Source of the DNA: Syntrophomonadaceae bacterium
GTDB lineage: Bacteria; Bacillota; Syntrophomonadia; Syntrophomonadales; Syntrophomonadaceae
Reading direction: 5' to 3'
DNA length: 54,619 nucleotides
Assembly (NCBI GenBank): GCA_012718855.1
Contig: JAAYBS010000151.1
Span: forward strand, 1 to 54,619
The notes beneath the pieces are model-generated. The model was not told the origin of the DNA and did no database searches. It saw only the letters and a list, made by a program, of their open reading frames with translations. Below are positions 9,910 through 20,437 of the stretch, piece after piece (within the stretch, counting starts at the first letter, position 1; the number at the start of each line of letters is the position of its first letter). The position numbers were made by a program, and so were the translations under genes.

Positions 9910-12052
9910 CCTTAACTTTATGGATCCGCTGAATTACAGCATTTAATTGGGCCAGATCTTTGATTTCCAGTTTAAAGTTCATTATGGCCTCATTATTTTT
10001 AGTCGCTCGTGAAAAAACTGAGTGAATATTGATTCTCATATCAGCAATAATTGTCATCACATCGGTAGTAAGTCGAGAGCGATCCATTGCCTTAAGTTCC
10101 AGTTCTACCGTATATATCCCCCGGTCATCTGCCCATTCAACTTCGATAATCCGATCTTTTTCATGCTGCAAATAGCTTTGTAAATTAGGACAATCCCGGC
10201 GATGCACTGATACTCCCCGTCCACGGGTAATATATCCCAAAACCGGATCGCCAGGCAGCGGATTGCAACAGCGGGACAGACGAATAGCTACATCATCTAC
10301 CCCTTTTATACGCAATGCACCGGTATCTTTTTCGCGGCGCGGCAATGCTTTATCAGTGATATTGAGGGGTAACATATCCTCCACATGAGCATCATGGAAG
10401 AATAATTCTTTTTGTTTATTCATTACCCCGTTGACAGTGATATTGCCGTCTCCAATGGCTGCAAACAGGTCATCAACACTATTATAGCCAAATTTCCTGC
10501 TAACTTCCTGAAGTTTATCTTCTTTAAGCATTTCTTTGGGATTAAAATGTTTCTTTTTAAGCTCCTTCTCTAATAAATCGCGGCCCCGGATAATATTTTC
10601 CTGACGCTTTTCACGGTTAAACCAATTTTTTATACGACTCTTGGCTGAAGAAGTTTTTACAAAATTCAACCAGTCAAAACTTGGTCCGGGAGAATTCTTG
10701 GAAGTTAGGATCTCAACAATATCACCATTACCCAGGGGGAAATCAAGTGGTACGATTCGACCGTTAACCTTGGCGCCGGTACACTTATGCCCAACTTCTG
10801 TATGGACACGATAAGCAAAATCAACCGGGCAGGCACCCTTGGGCAATTCTATTACTTTCCCTTTAGGCGTAAATACGAAAACTGTATCGTCAAACAGGTC
10901 TATTTTCAAAGACTCCATAAATTCATTGGTATCTTTTACTTCCTGCTGCCACTCCAGAATTTGTCTTAACCAGGAAAGCTTTTCATCAAACTTCTTTTCA
11001 CGAGGATTTGTACCTTCTTTATAACGCCAGTGAGCTGCAATTCCATATTCTGCGGTTCTATGCATTTCCTCAGTTCGTATCTGAACTTCAAAAGGCTCCC
11101 CGCCTTCACCAATTAAGGTAGTATGTAAAGACTGATATAAATTAGGTTTCGGGGTGGCAATATAATCTTTAAACCTGCCGGGCAGAGGTTTCCACATAGT
11201 ATGAATAATGCCCAGGACTCCATAACAATCCCGTATATCATTTACTACTACCCGAATAGCAATTTTATCATAAATTTCATCAATATCTTTTCCCTGTTTA
11301 ATCATTTTCTTATAAATGCTATATATATTTTTAGGCCGTCCTTCAATGTCTGCCTGGATGCCAATCTGTTCAAGGCCGGAATAAATCTGTTCAATAATAG
11401 CATGAACATAATCTTCCCTTTCCTTGCGCTTTTGCTTAAGGCGCTTGGCTATTTCATAGTACATTTCCGGATCGAGGTAAGAAAAAGCAAGATCTTCCAA
11501 TTCCCACTTAAACTTAAAAACACCCAGTCGATGTGCCAACGGAGCAAAAATATCCATGGTTTCCTGGGCGATTTCCTTTTGTTTGCGCTCACTTTGAAAT
11601 TGCAACGTACGCATATTATGCAATCTGTCCGCTAATTTAATCAGAATTACCCGAATATCTTTGGCCATGGCAATAAACATACGCCGCAGGTTTTCCACCT
11701 GAGCGTCTTCTTTTGACTTAAAATTAATACGGCTCAATTTGGTTACACCATCGACCAATAGGGCAATTTCTTCACCGAAATCATTCACTATACTCATATA
11801 ACCTATATCAGTATCTTCAATAACATCATGCAATAATGCTGCACAAATTGTTTGAGTATCCATTTCAATCTCGGTTAAAATCAAAGCAACTTCTACCGGA
11901 TGAATGATATAGGGTTCCCCGGAAATCCGTTTTTGACCGGCATGCGCAATCATAGCATAATTATAAGCTCTCTCAATCAGCTCAGTATCTGCTTTGGGGT
12001 CATATGCTTTTATACGCTCAATAATTACCTGGGGGCCCATTATTATCACCAC
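9860..12052 (-). CDS. relA: bifunctional (p)ppGpp synthetase/hydrolase, RelA/SpoT family
   Basis: 730-aa ORF with HD hydrolase, synthetase, TGS and ACT regions in canonical order. An alternative ATG four codons downstream (MGPQ) is possible. Confidence 0.95.
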   Translation of the reverse strand: MVIIMGPQVIIERIKAYDPKADTELIERAYNYAMIAHAGQKRISGEPYIIHPVEVALILTEIEMDTQTICAALLHDVIEDTDIGYMSIVNDFGEEIALLVDGVTKLSRINFKSKEDAQVENLRRMFIAMAKDIRVILIKLADRLHNMRTLQFQSERKQKEIAQETMDIFAPLAHRLGVFKFKWELEDLAFSYLDPEMYYEIAKRLKQKRKEREDYVHAIIEQIYSGLEQIGIQADIEGRPKNIYSIYKKMIKQGKDIDEIYDKIAIRVVVNDIRDCYGVLGIIHTMWKPLPGRFKDYIATPKPNLYQSLHTTLIGEGGEPFEVQIRTEEMHRTAEYGIAAHWRYKEGTNPREKKFDEKLSWLRQILEWQQEVKDTNEFMESLKIDLFDDTVFVFTPKGKVIELPKGACPVDFAYRVHTEVGHKCTGAKVNGRIVPLDFPLGNGDIVEILTSKNSPGPSFDWLNFVKTSSAKSRIKNWFNREKRQENIIRGRDLLEKELKKKHFNPKEMLKEDKLQEVSRKFGYNSVDDLFAAIGDGNITVNGVMNKQKELFFHDAHVEDMLPLNITDKALPRREKDTGALRIKGVDDVAIRLSRCCNPLPGDPVLGYITRGRGVSVHRRDCPNLQSYLQHEKDRIIEVEWADDRGIYTVELELKAMDRSRLTTDVMTIIADMRINIHSVFSRATKNNEAIMNFKLEIKDLAQLNAVIQRIHKVKDVLEVRRVLPGEVRGE

Positions 12053-14724
12053 ATCAGCATATCGTTTAAGCTGGTTTCCAAATCAGCAAAAGCCTTTTTT
12101 TCAGCTATCCCTTCGAGATAATAGGGGGAATCAGCCAAATCCAAAGTGGTTTGCCGGTTAGGAAGGAGCTTTATTTCAATAATACTACCCTGTTTGTCAA
12201 TTTGACACAAGCCCAGATCAACCAATATATTCAAAGCTGACAGCACTTTTTCAGCCGTGATTGAAACTGTAGTTTCAGATTGTATTGCAATACAAACCTC
12301 ATTCAAATTAAGGGTGATTCTCACTTTTCCCTCTTTTTTCAGGTAGGACAAAACTAGTGATAATACTCCCTGGTCAGGGTAAATCTGTTCCAGTTTATTA
12401 TGGATAACTTTTAAATCTTCACGGGAGAAATTTACTTTAACCGGTATTTCCCCCTGCAGGTTAATACTCTGCATAAGTAAATGAGCTTCTAAAATGCTGC
12501 CGGGCACTTCGTTTAATACAAACTGCTCCTTTCCGGAGATATCTACATTTCTGTTATCAGATGCCAGTTCTGCAGCTGCTAACTCACACATATCATCATA
12601 TTTATTAATTCCATCTGTTGTTTCCAGTGGCAACCATTTTAATTCTGGCCGATCCTGCCCCCAGGTATCCCAAACCATACTTGATATACATTGCGTAGTA
12701 CGCCAGTTATCAAACGGAAAAGTATGAATACCATAAGCAATATGACCCGGCCAAGGGTACTTTTTATTATAGTAGTTTGCAAAGGCCCGGGTAATTAAAA
12801 AAATCTGATTATGTGACTGGAAAGCCTGCAGGGCCATTTGACGCTGCCTGACTGATAATCGGCCATGTATAGGTTGAATTACATGGGGACGAAAATACTG
12901 ACTGATAAACTCCCGTCCATAACAAAGAATACGATAAGTAGGGAAAACAATTACCACACCCTGACCATCCTGAATAGCCCGGGTATATTTATTAAATGCC
13001 GGCCAATAAGAGTCTGCATTTAAAATATCATTATTTATTGAAGGTCTCATATCCAAAATCTTAAGCTGTATAGTGGTTTGATTACGAAAATGGTTTTCTT
13101 CCACATGGAATAAAATATCCTGATACATCTCCTGAGTTGGTAAGTGTATAAATTCCGGCCGGTTAAAACTGATCATATTAATATTACCCGGATTAACCGT
13201 AGCTCGAACATGCTGCCTGGTATCTCCTACAGTACAAGGTTTGTCAACTGAACATTTCCTCCAGTAAAATACCGGTTGCGGATTACCTTCACCATAAGGC
13301 TTTAATAAATCCAGTTCTTTAATTAAACTGGTATTAATAAATTCACCATTTAGCTCCACCTCAAATTCCATTTCCTGATCAAGCGTTAGAAGTTTTCCCT
13401 GGGAGACAGCCAACTGATTGATTTTCTGTCTGAATAATTCAATATTTTCCCGATTAATGCTTAGTCCGGCTGCCATTTTATGCCCGCCGGATGCCAGCAG
13501 ATATTCCTTGCATTGCGACAAGGACTCAATTATATTGAAATCCGCTACGCTGCGCGCAGAACCTCTACCGGTATCCCCTTCCCAGGATATCATGATCACC
13601 GGTCGCAGATACCGTTCACATAATCTTGAAGCGACAATGCCCAGTACACCATGATGCCAATTTTCTCCATCTACCACGAGGACTGGAGCGGTTTGCAAGG
13701 TATAATCATTTTCAATTCTGTTTATGGCTTCCATAAGGATGCTGTTTTCAACATCTTTGCGTTGACTATTCAATAAACATAATTGTTCAGCCAGGTCGTC
13801 AGCATGTTTTTCATCAAAACAGGTAAGTAATTCAAGACTTATACGGGCACTGGCCATTCTTCCGGCGGCATTTAATCTTGGTGCCAGTATAAAACCAACC
13901 TGCCAGGTTGTAACCGGTTCATTTCCCCTACCAGTTTTCCTCATTAGTGCTTTTAATCCGGGGCGAAAAGTAGTTTGAATTTTTTCCAGACCATAACGAA
14001 CCAAAATACGGTTATCACCTGTTAAGGGAACAATATCTGCAATAGTAGCCAAACACACCAGATCCAACCATTGCCAGATGCGTTCCGGTTCAATTCTGTC
14101 GCTGCCCAGGGAGCGTGCCAGTTGAAAAGCTACACCTGCTCCTGCCAAACCGGAAGTTGCTTTGTTATTATCCAGTCGGGGATTTATTATACTAACCGCA
14201 TCTGGCAAATTAATATCGGGGGTATGATGATCAGTAATGATAACCTCCATACCTAAAGAATTGGCCAAAGCTACTTCCTGAACAGAAGTTATACCGCAAT
14301 CAACGCTGATTAATAAATTACAGCCGGACGTTGCCAATTCTTTTATCGCCTCATCATTTAATCCGTAACCCTCATTAAAACGATCGGGAATATAATTATC
14401 TACCCTGGCATCTAATAGCTGCAGACATTCAGTTAATATTACTGTGCTGCATACCCCATCAACATCATAGTCGCCATAAACAACTATTTTCTCTTGTTTT
14501 TCTATAGCTGATTCGATACGTTGACAGGCTGATTGCATACCATACATATTTAATGGTTCAGATAAATCATTCAAGTTGGCAAACAGAAATTCCCTGCCCT
14601 GCTTTACATCCCTTATACCGCGATTATATAGCAGATGTGCCAGTGTTTCTGAAACATCTAATTCTTTATGTAAATTTTTGACCTTATCAAGATCATATTT
14701 TTTTTGTTTCCAAATTGCAGACAT
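12046..14724 (-). CDS. recJ: single-stranded-DNA-specific exonuclease RecJ with a long C-terminal extension
   Basis: 892-aa ORF with DHH motifs (DYDVDG, ITDHHTP) and a DHHA1 region. About 330 extra C-terminal residues. Confidence 0.9.
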   Translation of the reverse strand: MSAIWKQKKYDLDKVKNLHKELDVSETLAHLLYNRGIRDVKQGREFLFANLNDLSEPLNMYGMQSACQRIESAIEKQEKIVVYGDYDVDGVCSTVILTECLQLLDARVDNYIPDRFNEGYGLNDEAIKELATSGCNLLISVDCGITSVQEVALANSLGMEVIITDHHTPDINLPDAVSIINPRLDNNKATSGLAGAGVAFQLARSLGSDRIEPERIWQWLDLVCLATIADIVPLTGDNRILVRYGLEKIQTTFRPGLKALMRKTGRGNEPVTTWQVGFILAPRLNAAGRMASARISLELLTCFDEKHADDLAEQLCLLNSQRKDVENSILMEAINRIENDYTLQTAPVLVVDGENWHHGVLGIVASRLCERYLRPVIMISWEGDTGRGSARSVADFNIIESLSQCKEYLLASGGHKMAAGLSINRENIELFRQKINQLAVSQGKLLTLDQEMEFEVELNGEFINTSLIKELDLLKPYGEGNPQPVFYWRKCSVDKPCTVGDTRQHVRATVNPGNINMISFNRPEFIHLPTQEMYQDILFHVEENHFRNQTTIQLKILDMRPSINNDILNADSYWPAFNKYTRAIQDGQGVVIVFPTYRILCYGREFISQYFRPHVIQPIHGRLSVRQRQMALQAFQSHNQIFLITRAFANYYNKKYPWPGHIAYGIHTFPFDNWRTTQCISSMVWDTWGQDRPELKWLPLETTDGINKYDDMCELAAAELASDNRNVDISGKEQFVLNEVPGSILEAHLLMQSINLQGEIPVKVNFSREDLKVIHNKLEQIYPDQGVLSLVLSYLKKEGKVRITLNLNEVCIAIQSETTVSITAEKVLSALNILVDLGLCQIDKQGSIIEIKLLPNRQTTLDLADSPYYLEGIAEKKAFADLETSLNDMLMW

Positions 14725-14840
14725 ATGGTCTTAATACCTCCCATTTTAATTACCCCGAATAAATGTACCATACTAATTGGGGGGCGTAAAAAGTCAGGGT
14801 TTTTCATATAAATAGCAAAACAGGTTTTTGGAGGTGTCTT

Positions 14841-15944
14841 ATGGCTAGAATCCGGCATTTTTTCCCCGGGGGAAATACTTGTTATGGTTTTCATTCCTTC
14901 TATGATCATCTGGTTTCACCTTTTGTCTCCCGTAAAATAATTCTAAAAGGTGGACCCGGAGTTGGCAAGTCCACGCTAATGCGCCAAATTGGAGAATACT
15001 TCTCCAATAATGGTTACGACATTGAATACCATTGGTGTTCATCTGACAACCATTCAATAGATGGTGTAGTAATAGGGAACCACATAATAGCTCTTTTGGA
15101 CGGAACTGCTCCGCATATAGTTGAACCGCGTTATCCAGGAGCTGTAGATGAGATTATTAATCTGGGTCAATTCTGGGATCGAGGTCAGATTATTTCCCAT
15201 CGGGAATCCATAGTCAAGCTTACCAGTCTGGTTTCTTTAAATTTTACCCGAGCATATCGTAGATTGCGAGAAGCTAAACTGGCTTATGAAGAATGGGCAA
15301 GCTATTATGAAGAAGCTCAGGATATGATAGCCGTAAATCGTAATATTCTGGCTTTATCGGAGGATTTTATTGATCAATGTTCTCCAACCGGGTTACAGAG
15401 ACATCTTTTTTATGGAGCTATTACCCCCCAGGGAGTAGTAACTGCTGTAGACAGCTTACTTGGTAAAAACTTTAGTTTATTCGCAGTTACCGGTAGTCCC
15501 GGCAGCGGCACACAGCAATTATTTAAGCATACAACTAACGTACTGACTATGAATAACCTGGAATGTGAAATTCTGCATAATCCCTTTAATCCAGATGAAA
15601 TTGATTTAATCATCTTGCCTTCCATGCAGCGCGCATTAATAAATGTATCCGAGCACTTAATTCCTATCCGGAGTTCTTTATCCGGTGGCAAATACAGACG
15701 ACAGCTTGATTTTGATCGATTTTTGCATACCGACGCTATCAATTCCTGTATAAATCTGATTGAAAATGCCAGGGAACGAACCAAAGCCGGAATCAAAGAT
15801 GCTGTAAGTTTTATTAATTGGGCAAAAAGGTATCATGATGAATTGGAAGGCTGCTATGTCCCGGCCATGGACGTAGAACAACTATCCAAACTGCGTGATA
15901 CTTTAATCGAAGAAATCGAACAACAACTGAGGTCAAACGGTTAG
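14841..15944 (+). CDS. uncharacterized P-loop ATPase
   Basis: 367-aa ORF with Walker A GGPGVGKST at residues 37-45 and a second, degenerate P-loop-like GSPGSGT later. GGAGG RBS upstream. I do not recognise the family function. Confidence 0.6.
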   Translation: MARIRHFFPGGNTCYGFHSFYDHLVSPFVSRKIILKGGPGVGKSTLMRQIGEYFSNNGYDIEYHWCSSDNHSIDGVVIGNHIIALLDGTAPHIVEPRYPGAVDEIINLGQFWDRGQIISHRESIVKLTSLVSLNFTRAYRRLREAKLAYEEWASYYEEAQDMIAVNRNILALSEDFIDQCSPTGLQRHLFYGAITPQGVVTAVDSLLGKNFSLFAVTGSPGSGTQQLFKHTTNVLTMNNLECEILHNPFNPDEIDLIILPSMQRALINVSEHLIPIRSSLSGGKYRRQLDFDRFLHTDAINSCINLIENARERTKAGIKDAVSFINWAKRYHDELEGCYVPAMDVEQLSKLRDTLIEEIEQQLRSNG

Positions 15945-17147
15945 GTGTATTAGCGTAGCTCGGGCCTGGTCACCAACCCTGCCATGACCGGCAGGAATAT
16001 CGAGTAACACTGGTAAATTAATATCAGTTTTCATTTTTGTATGGGGTATAATAGAAAATCCATTATTTGACAGGGTTAATTCACCCAACATTAAGCGTCT
16101 GACTTTAATTATTCGTGGTAAATCATTTTCTAAATAAAAATCAAACCAGGAATTTGCATAATTTCGCATACCCTGCAACCATTTAAATACAGGGGAAATC
16201 AAGGCATAAAACATAATTACTCCACCAAATGGATTACCGGTTACATTAAAAACAATACTTCCATCTAAAATGGCAGCTGAGGTTCGATGTGCCGGACGTA
16301 AATCCAACTCCCGGAATAAAAACCGGGCACCCAGTTTCTCCAGGGCGTTTGGCACAATATCATATTGCCCGTCTGAAGTTCCGCCACTAATAATAACGAG
16401 TGGAGCTTTATGAACTGCAGTTTTAATCTCTTGCATCAAAGCAGGTAAATCATCTCCGATAGCCAATTCAGATGACTCCGGTTGCCCACCGGCTTTAGAT
16501 ACTAGAGTACTGAAAAGAGTACGATTACTATTATAAATATGACCTGTTCTTAAAGGTTGTCCCGGTTGGTCCAACTCAGTACCAGTTACAATAATATATA
16601 CACGAGGTTTTTTAAATACAGGTACATGGCTTATACCTGTACAAGCAATCTGTTCCAAAGTTTCAGGATTTAAGCGGCTTCCCGCAAAAGCAATTTTGTC
16701 CCCGGCAGTAATTACATCTCCTATCAATTGGAGGTTCTCATTATCTTTGACATAATCTGTATAAGAAATGTAGTTCTGCTGCAGGACGGCCAGTTCCTGT
16801 TTAAGGACTGCCGCAGTCCCATCTGGAACCTGGGCTCCAGTCATTACCCGAAAGCATATGCCTGGAGACAGGGGAACGGTAGCCGGTTGCCCGGCAGCTA
16901 TTTCGCCTGATATTCTGAGCTTTTGTATAGGTGAATTCAAATTTATATTATCTCTATGAAGAGCATACCCATCCACCAATGAACGAGCAAAACCCGGCAT
17001 ATTAATCCCGGCTATGATATCTTCAGCAACTATATAATCCACAGCTGTTTCCAAAGTAATGTATTTTATTTCAGGAATTCTATCCGCTTGGAGACATAAT
17101 TTAATGGCAGTCTCTAAATCCACATTAAGCTTGGACAAAACAATCAC
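15933..17147 (-). CDS. MoeA-family molybdopterin molybdenum/tungsten transferase paralog
   Basis: 404-aa ORF with MoeA N-terminal features (VDGYAL) and an MoCF-binding region. GTG start one base after the upstream moeA stop. Confidence 0.75.
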   Translation of the reverse strand: MIVLSKLNVDLETAIKLCLQADRIPEIKYITLETAVDYIVAEDIIAGINMPGFARSLVDGYALHRDNINLNSPIQKLRISGEIAAGQPATVPLSPGICFRVMTGAQVPDGTAAVLKQELAVLQQNYISYTDYVKDNENLQLIGDVITAGDKIAFAGSRLNPETLEQIACTGISHVPVFKKPRVYIIVTGTELDQPGQPLRTGHIYNSNRTLFSTLVSKAGGQPESSELAIGDDLPALMQEIKTAVHKAPLVIISGGTSDGQYDIVPNALEKLGARFLFRELDLRPAHRTSAAILDGSIVFNVTGNPFGGVIMFYALISPVFKWLQGMRNYANSWFDFYLENDLPRIIKVRRLMLGELTLSNNGFSIIPHTKMKTDINLPVLLDIPAGHGRVGDQARATLIHLTV

Positions 17148-17148
17148 C

Positions 17149-18381
17149 TCATGAATGGAAAAAAGTAACCTTTACTGATTCACCGCTCTTTATCCCTTGT
17201 TTTTCATAAGGTATATGGATATAACCATCAGCACGGGCCAAAATACTCATAAGGCCCGATTTTCCCAGCAAGGGTTCCACGTACTCTTTATCCGGCATAA
17301 AAGCAACTGGTATATAATCATCCCTTCCCGCCTGTGATGCAACATTCAAGGATAGTTTAGCTGTGGACTGACGAAGAGGATATGGATTGAGCACCGGGCT
17401 GCATAGGGTATAAAACATCATTAAAGCTGATACCGGATGACCAGGCAGTCCTATTACCAGTTTTTCCCCTTCCCGTACTGCCATGGCCGGTTTTCCCGGT
17501 TTAACTGCTACACCATGAAATATTAACTCGGAATCAGGAAAATCCAATAATACTGTCAATGTCATATCTGCAATTCCCACTGAGCTGCCACCTGAAATAA
17601 GTACCATCTCATTTTCCTGCAGGCTTTCTTCCATAGCCTGTTTAAGCAGGACAAAGTCATCTTTCACTATGGGATAAGTTTTAGCTATAGCTCCACATGC
17701 TTCAACTGCCGCTGCCAGGGCATATGTATTTACATCCCTTACTTGTCCGATTAAAGGAGATTTTTCAATCGGAACAATTTCATCTCCGGTAGAAATAATC
17801 CCTACTTTTATTGGCCGTAAAACGGCTACCCCGGTAATTCCCAAAGAAGCCATCAGGCCAATATCCTGTGGCCTTAACCGATGACCGGCAGGAAATAATT
17901 CCTGTCCCAGAGATATATCCTCACCTTTTAACATGGTATTATCTCCCGGTCCTACCGGACGATAAATTAATACGGTCTTCTCATCAAGCTTTTCAGTATA
18001 TTCCACCATAACTACTGCATCACTATTCCCCGGCAGCATTCCTCCGGTCGGAATCCAGGCACATTCTCCTGATGATAATGAAAACTCTGTACTCCTCCCC
18101 ATTATAACTTCTCCAGTTAAAGTTAAAAAAGCCGGTAAAGACTCACTGCTGCCAAAAGAATCCTGTGCCCTAATTGCATATCCATCCACTGTTGAGCGCG
18201 TAAAAGCTGGCAATAGTTCAGGACTGCTTATACTGTCTGCCAGAGTACGATTATGCGATTCGGAAAGCGGTACCCATTCAATATCTGTATGGGTAAAAAC
18301 TTTTTTTATTCTTTCCAGAGCTGTATCAACAGTAACAACATCCAGGAATTCACGCACAAAAAACACCTCATTAGCTGCCAA
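17149..18381 (-). CDS. moeA: molybdopterin molybdenumtransferase MoeA
   Basis: 410-aa ORF with typical MoeA motifs (STVDGYA, ISGGSSVG, LPGHPVSA). TTG start. Confidence 0.85.
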   Translation of the reverse strand: MAANEVFFVREFLDVVTVDTALERIKKVFTHTDIEWVPLSESHNRTLADSISSPELLPAFTRSTVDGYAIRAQDSFGSSESLPAFLTLTGEVIMGRSTEFSLSSGECAWIPTGGMLPGNSDAVVMVEYTEKLDEKTVLIYRPVGPGDNTMLKGEDISLGQELFPAGHRLRPQDIGLMASLGITGVAVLRPIKVGIISTGDEIVPIEKSPLIGQVRDVNTYALAAAVEACGAIAKTYPIVKDDFVLLKQAMEESLQENEMVLISGGSSVGIADMTLTVLLDFPDSELIFHGVAVKPGKPAMAVREGEKLVIGLPGHPVSALMMFYTLCSPVLNPYPLRQSTAKLSLNVASQAGRDDYIPVAFMPDKEYVEPLLGKSGLMSILARADGYIHIPYEKQGIKSGESVKVTFFHS

Positions 18382-18520
18382 ATTTCTATCTTCATTATTT
18401 ATAATACCTTAGTTATATTCTCAGTCAAATAAGACAATATAAATTGCTCTGATGTATTAGCAAGCTGATTTGTGATAAATTCTAAATAGAAATATTAATT
18501 TCAGCAAGGAGTACGTTTAT

Positions 18521-20437
18521 ATGTCACGCAAAGTTTATATTGAAAATATGCCCCTGGAAAAAGCGCAACAATTATTTATAAATCAATTGGAACAAGTTGG
18601 CTATTTTAATCTGACGGGAGAAACTATCCCGGTCCTGGACTCCCAGGGCAGAGTATCATTACACCCGGTTATTGCCAAGCGCTCATCACCTCACTATATT
18701 GCTTCTGCTATGGATGGAATTGCTGTTAAAGCCGATGTTACATTTACGGCCACCGAAACTAACCCGATTACTCTTGCCAAAGAGCAATATCTGGAAGTTG
18801 ATACCGGTGATTATATCCCTCCGCAGTATGACTCGGTAATAATGATAGAAGATGTCAATTATATCGAAAACTCTGTACAGATTATCAAAGCAGCTGTCCC
18901 CTGGCAGCATATTCGCTCGGTTGGCGAAGATTTGGTAACTGGTGATATGGTAATGACCAGTTTGCAAACTATTGGGCCATACGAAATTGCTGCTTTATTA
19001 AATGCTGCCATTACTGATATAGAAGTTGTAAAAAAACCGGTAGTAGCTATTATCCCAACTGGAACTGAATTAGTTGAATACGGAAATCCGGAAATGGCTC
19101 CCGGTGAGATTGTAGAATCAAATAGTCATATGCTAAGCGGATTATGCCTGGAATGGGGGGCTGTACCCTGGCGACAGAACATAGTAATAGATGACCGGGA
19201 AGCAATTAAACAGGCAGTTTTATCAGTTAAAGACCAGGCTGATTTTATAGTGGTTTGTTCCGGTTCTTCCGCTGGACGGGAAGATTATACCTCATCAATT
19301 GTAGAAGAATTAGGTGAATTGATAGTTCATGGCATTGCTACCCGCCCGGGCAAACCAGCTATCCTGGGTATTATAGATAATAAACCGCTTATAGGAGTAC
19401 CAGGTTACCCAATTTCGGCCCAACTGGTTTTTTCCCTGTTTGCTAAGCCGGTATTATTAAAAAAACAAGCTATTGATCTACCGGAACCGGAAACTATTAC
19501 TGCCCAAATGTCCAGAAAGATTGCCTCTTCAATGGGCGTTGACGAGTTTATTAATGTTAATCTGGCTTATATGGAAGGTAAATATCTGGCCTACCCTCTA
19601 AACAGAGGTGCCGGTATAACTACCAGTCTGGTAAAAGCTGATGGTATAACAGTTATACCCCGTGGCAAAGAAGGAATTAATGCCGGTGAAGATTGTCAGA
19701 TCAAACTATGGCGTCCTCGCAAAGTTCTTGATGAAACACTGGTATGTATCGGCAGCCATGACATGAGTATTGATATTCTGGCTGATTTATTGTACAAATC
19801 TTATGGATTACGGCTCATTTCCAGCAATGTTGGCAGTATGGGCGGTTTAATGGCTTTACGTCGGGGTGAAACTCATTTCTCCGGAATTCATCTGTTGGAT
19901 TATGAAACCGGGAAATATAATACCAGCTATGTAAATCGTTATTTGCCAGGTCAGGATTGGTGTCTGATTAATCTGGTCAATCGCCAACAAGGTTTAATAG
20001 TAAAAAAGGGTAATCCTTTAAATGTCCAGTCTTTGCAGGATATCACCCGGGATAATATTCGTTATATTAATCGTCAAAAGGGCTCCGGTACAAGACTTTT
20101 ACTTGACTTTATGTTGCAGCAGCAAGGGGTTGACAGCAATTCTATATATGGTTATAACCGGGAGGAATATACGCATCTGGCTGTAGCAGCTGCCGTAAAA
20201 AATGATGCCGGTGATGTTGCCCTGGGAATATACTCCAGTGCCCGAGCATTGGATTTGGATTTTGTCCCGTTGGCAGAAGAAAGTTACGATTTATGTATTT
20301 TGCCGGAACGGTTAGGCGACATACGACTTGAGCAACTGCTAAGCGTTATTCAAAGTAATGAATTTAAAAAACACATTGATCAAATAGGGGGTTATAACTT
20401 AAAATCTTCAGGACAAATAACATCCCAGAGCAGATAA
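18521..20437 (+). CDS. MoeA fused to a C-terminal periplasmic-binding-protein-like (molybdate/tungstate-binding type) domain
   Basis: 638-aa ORF. The N-terminal ~400 aa are MoeA-like (SAMDGIAV, CSGSSAGRED, VPGYPISA). The C-terminal ~230 aa resemble a PBP-like substrate-binding domain. Confidence 0.8.
   Translation: MSRKVYIENMPLEKAQQLFINQLEQVGYFNLTGETIPVLDSQGRVSLHPVIAKRSSPHYIASAMDGIAVKADVTFTATETNPITLAKEQYLEVDTGDYIPPQYDSVIMIEDVNYIENSVQIIKAAVPWQHIRSVGEDLVTGDMVMTSLQTIGPYEIAALLNAAITDIEVVKKPVVAIIPTGTELVEYGNPEMAPGEIVESNSHMLSGLCLEWGAVPWRQNIVIDDREAIKQAVLSVKDQADFIVVCSGSSAGREDYTSSIVEELGELIVHGIATRPGKPAILGIIDNKPLIGVPGYPISAQLVFSLFAKPVLLKKQAIDLPEPETITAQMSRKIASSMGVDEFINVNLAYMEGKYLAYPLNRGAGITTSLVKADGITVIPRGKEGINAGEDCQIKLWRPRKVLDETLVCIGSHDMSIDILADLLYKSYGLRLISSNVGSMGGLMALRRGETHFSGIHLLDYETGKYNTSYVNRYLPGQDWCLINLVNRQQGLIVKKGNPLNVQSLQDITRDNIRYINRQKGSGTRLLLDFMLQQQGVDSNSIYGYNREEYTHLAVAAAVKNDAGDVALGIYSSARALDLDFVPLAEESYDLCILPERLGDIRLEQLLSVIQSNEFKKHIDQIGGYNLKSSGQITSQSR

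Noticed and set aside
11201-11635. Several long ORFs run antisense to known genes, for example 11201..11635, 36486..36914, 20732..21232, 23527..23883, 15410..15796 and 50393..50740.
   Set aside because: They lie entirely inside strongly supported genes on the other strand. Their composition is low-complexity or Ser/Leu/Ile-rich, as is typical of shadow frames, and they have no RBS.
18382-18520. I looked for a Moco riboswitch upstream of the moeA genes and also upstream of fdnG (20438..20761).
   Set aside because: Both regions are AT-rich with no GC-rich multi-stem structure and none of the conserved Moco-motif blocks.
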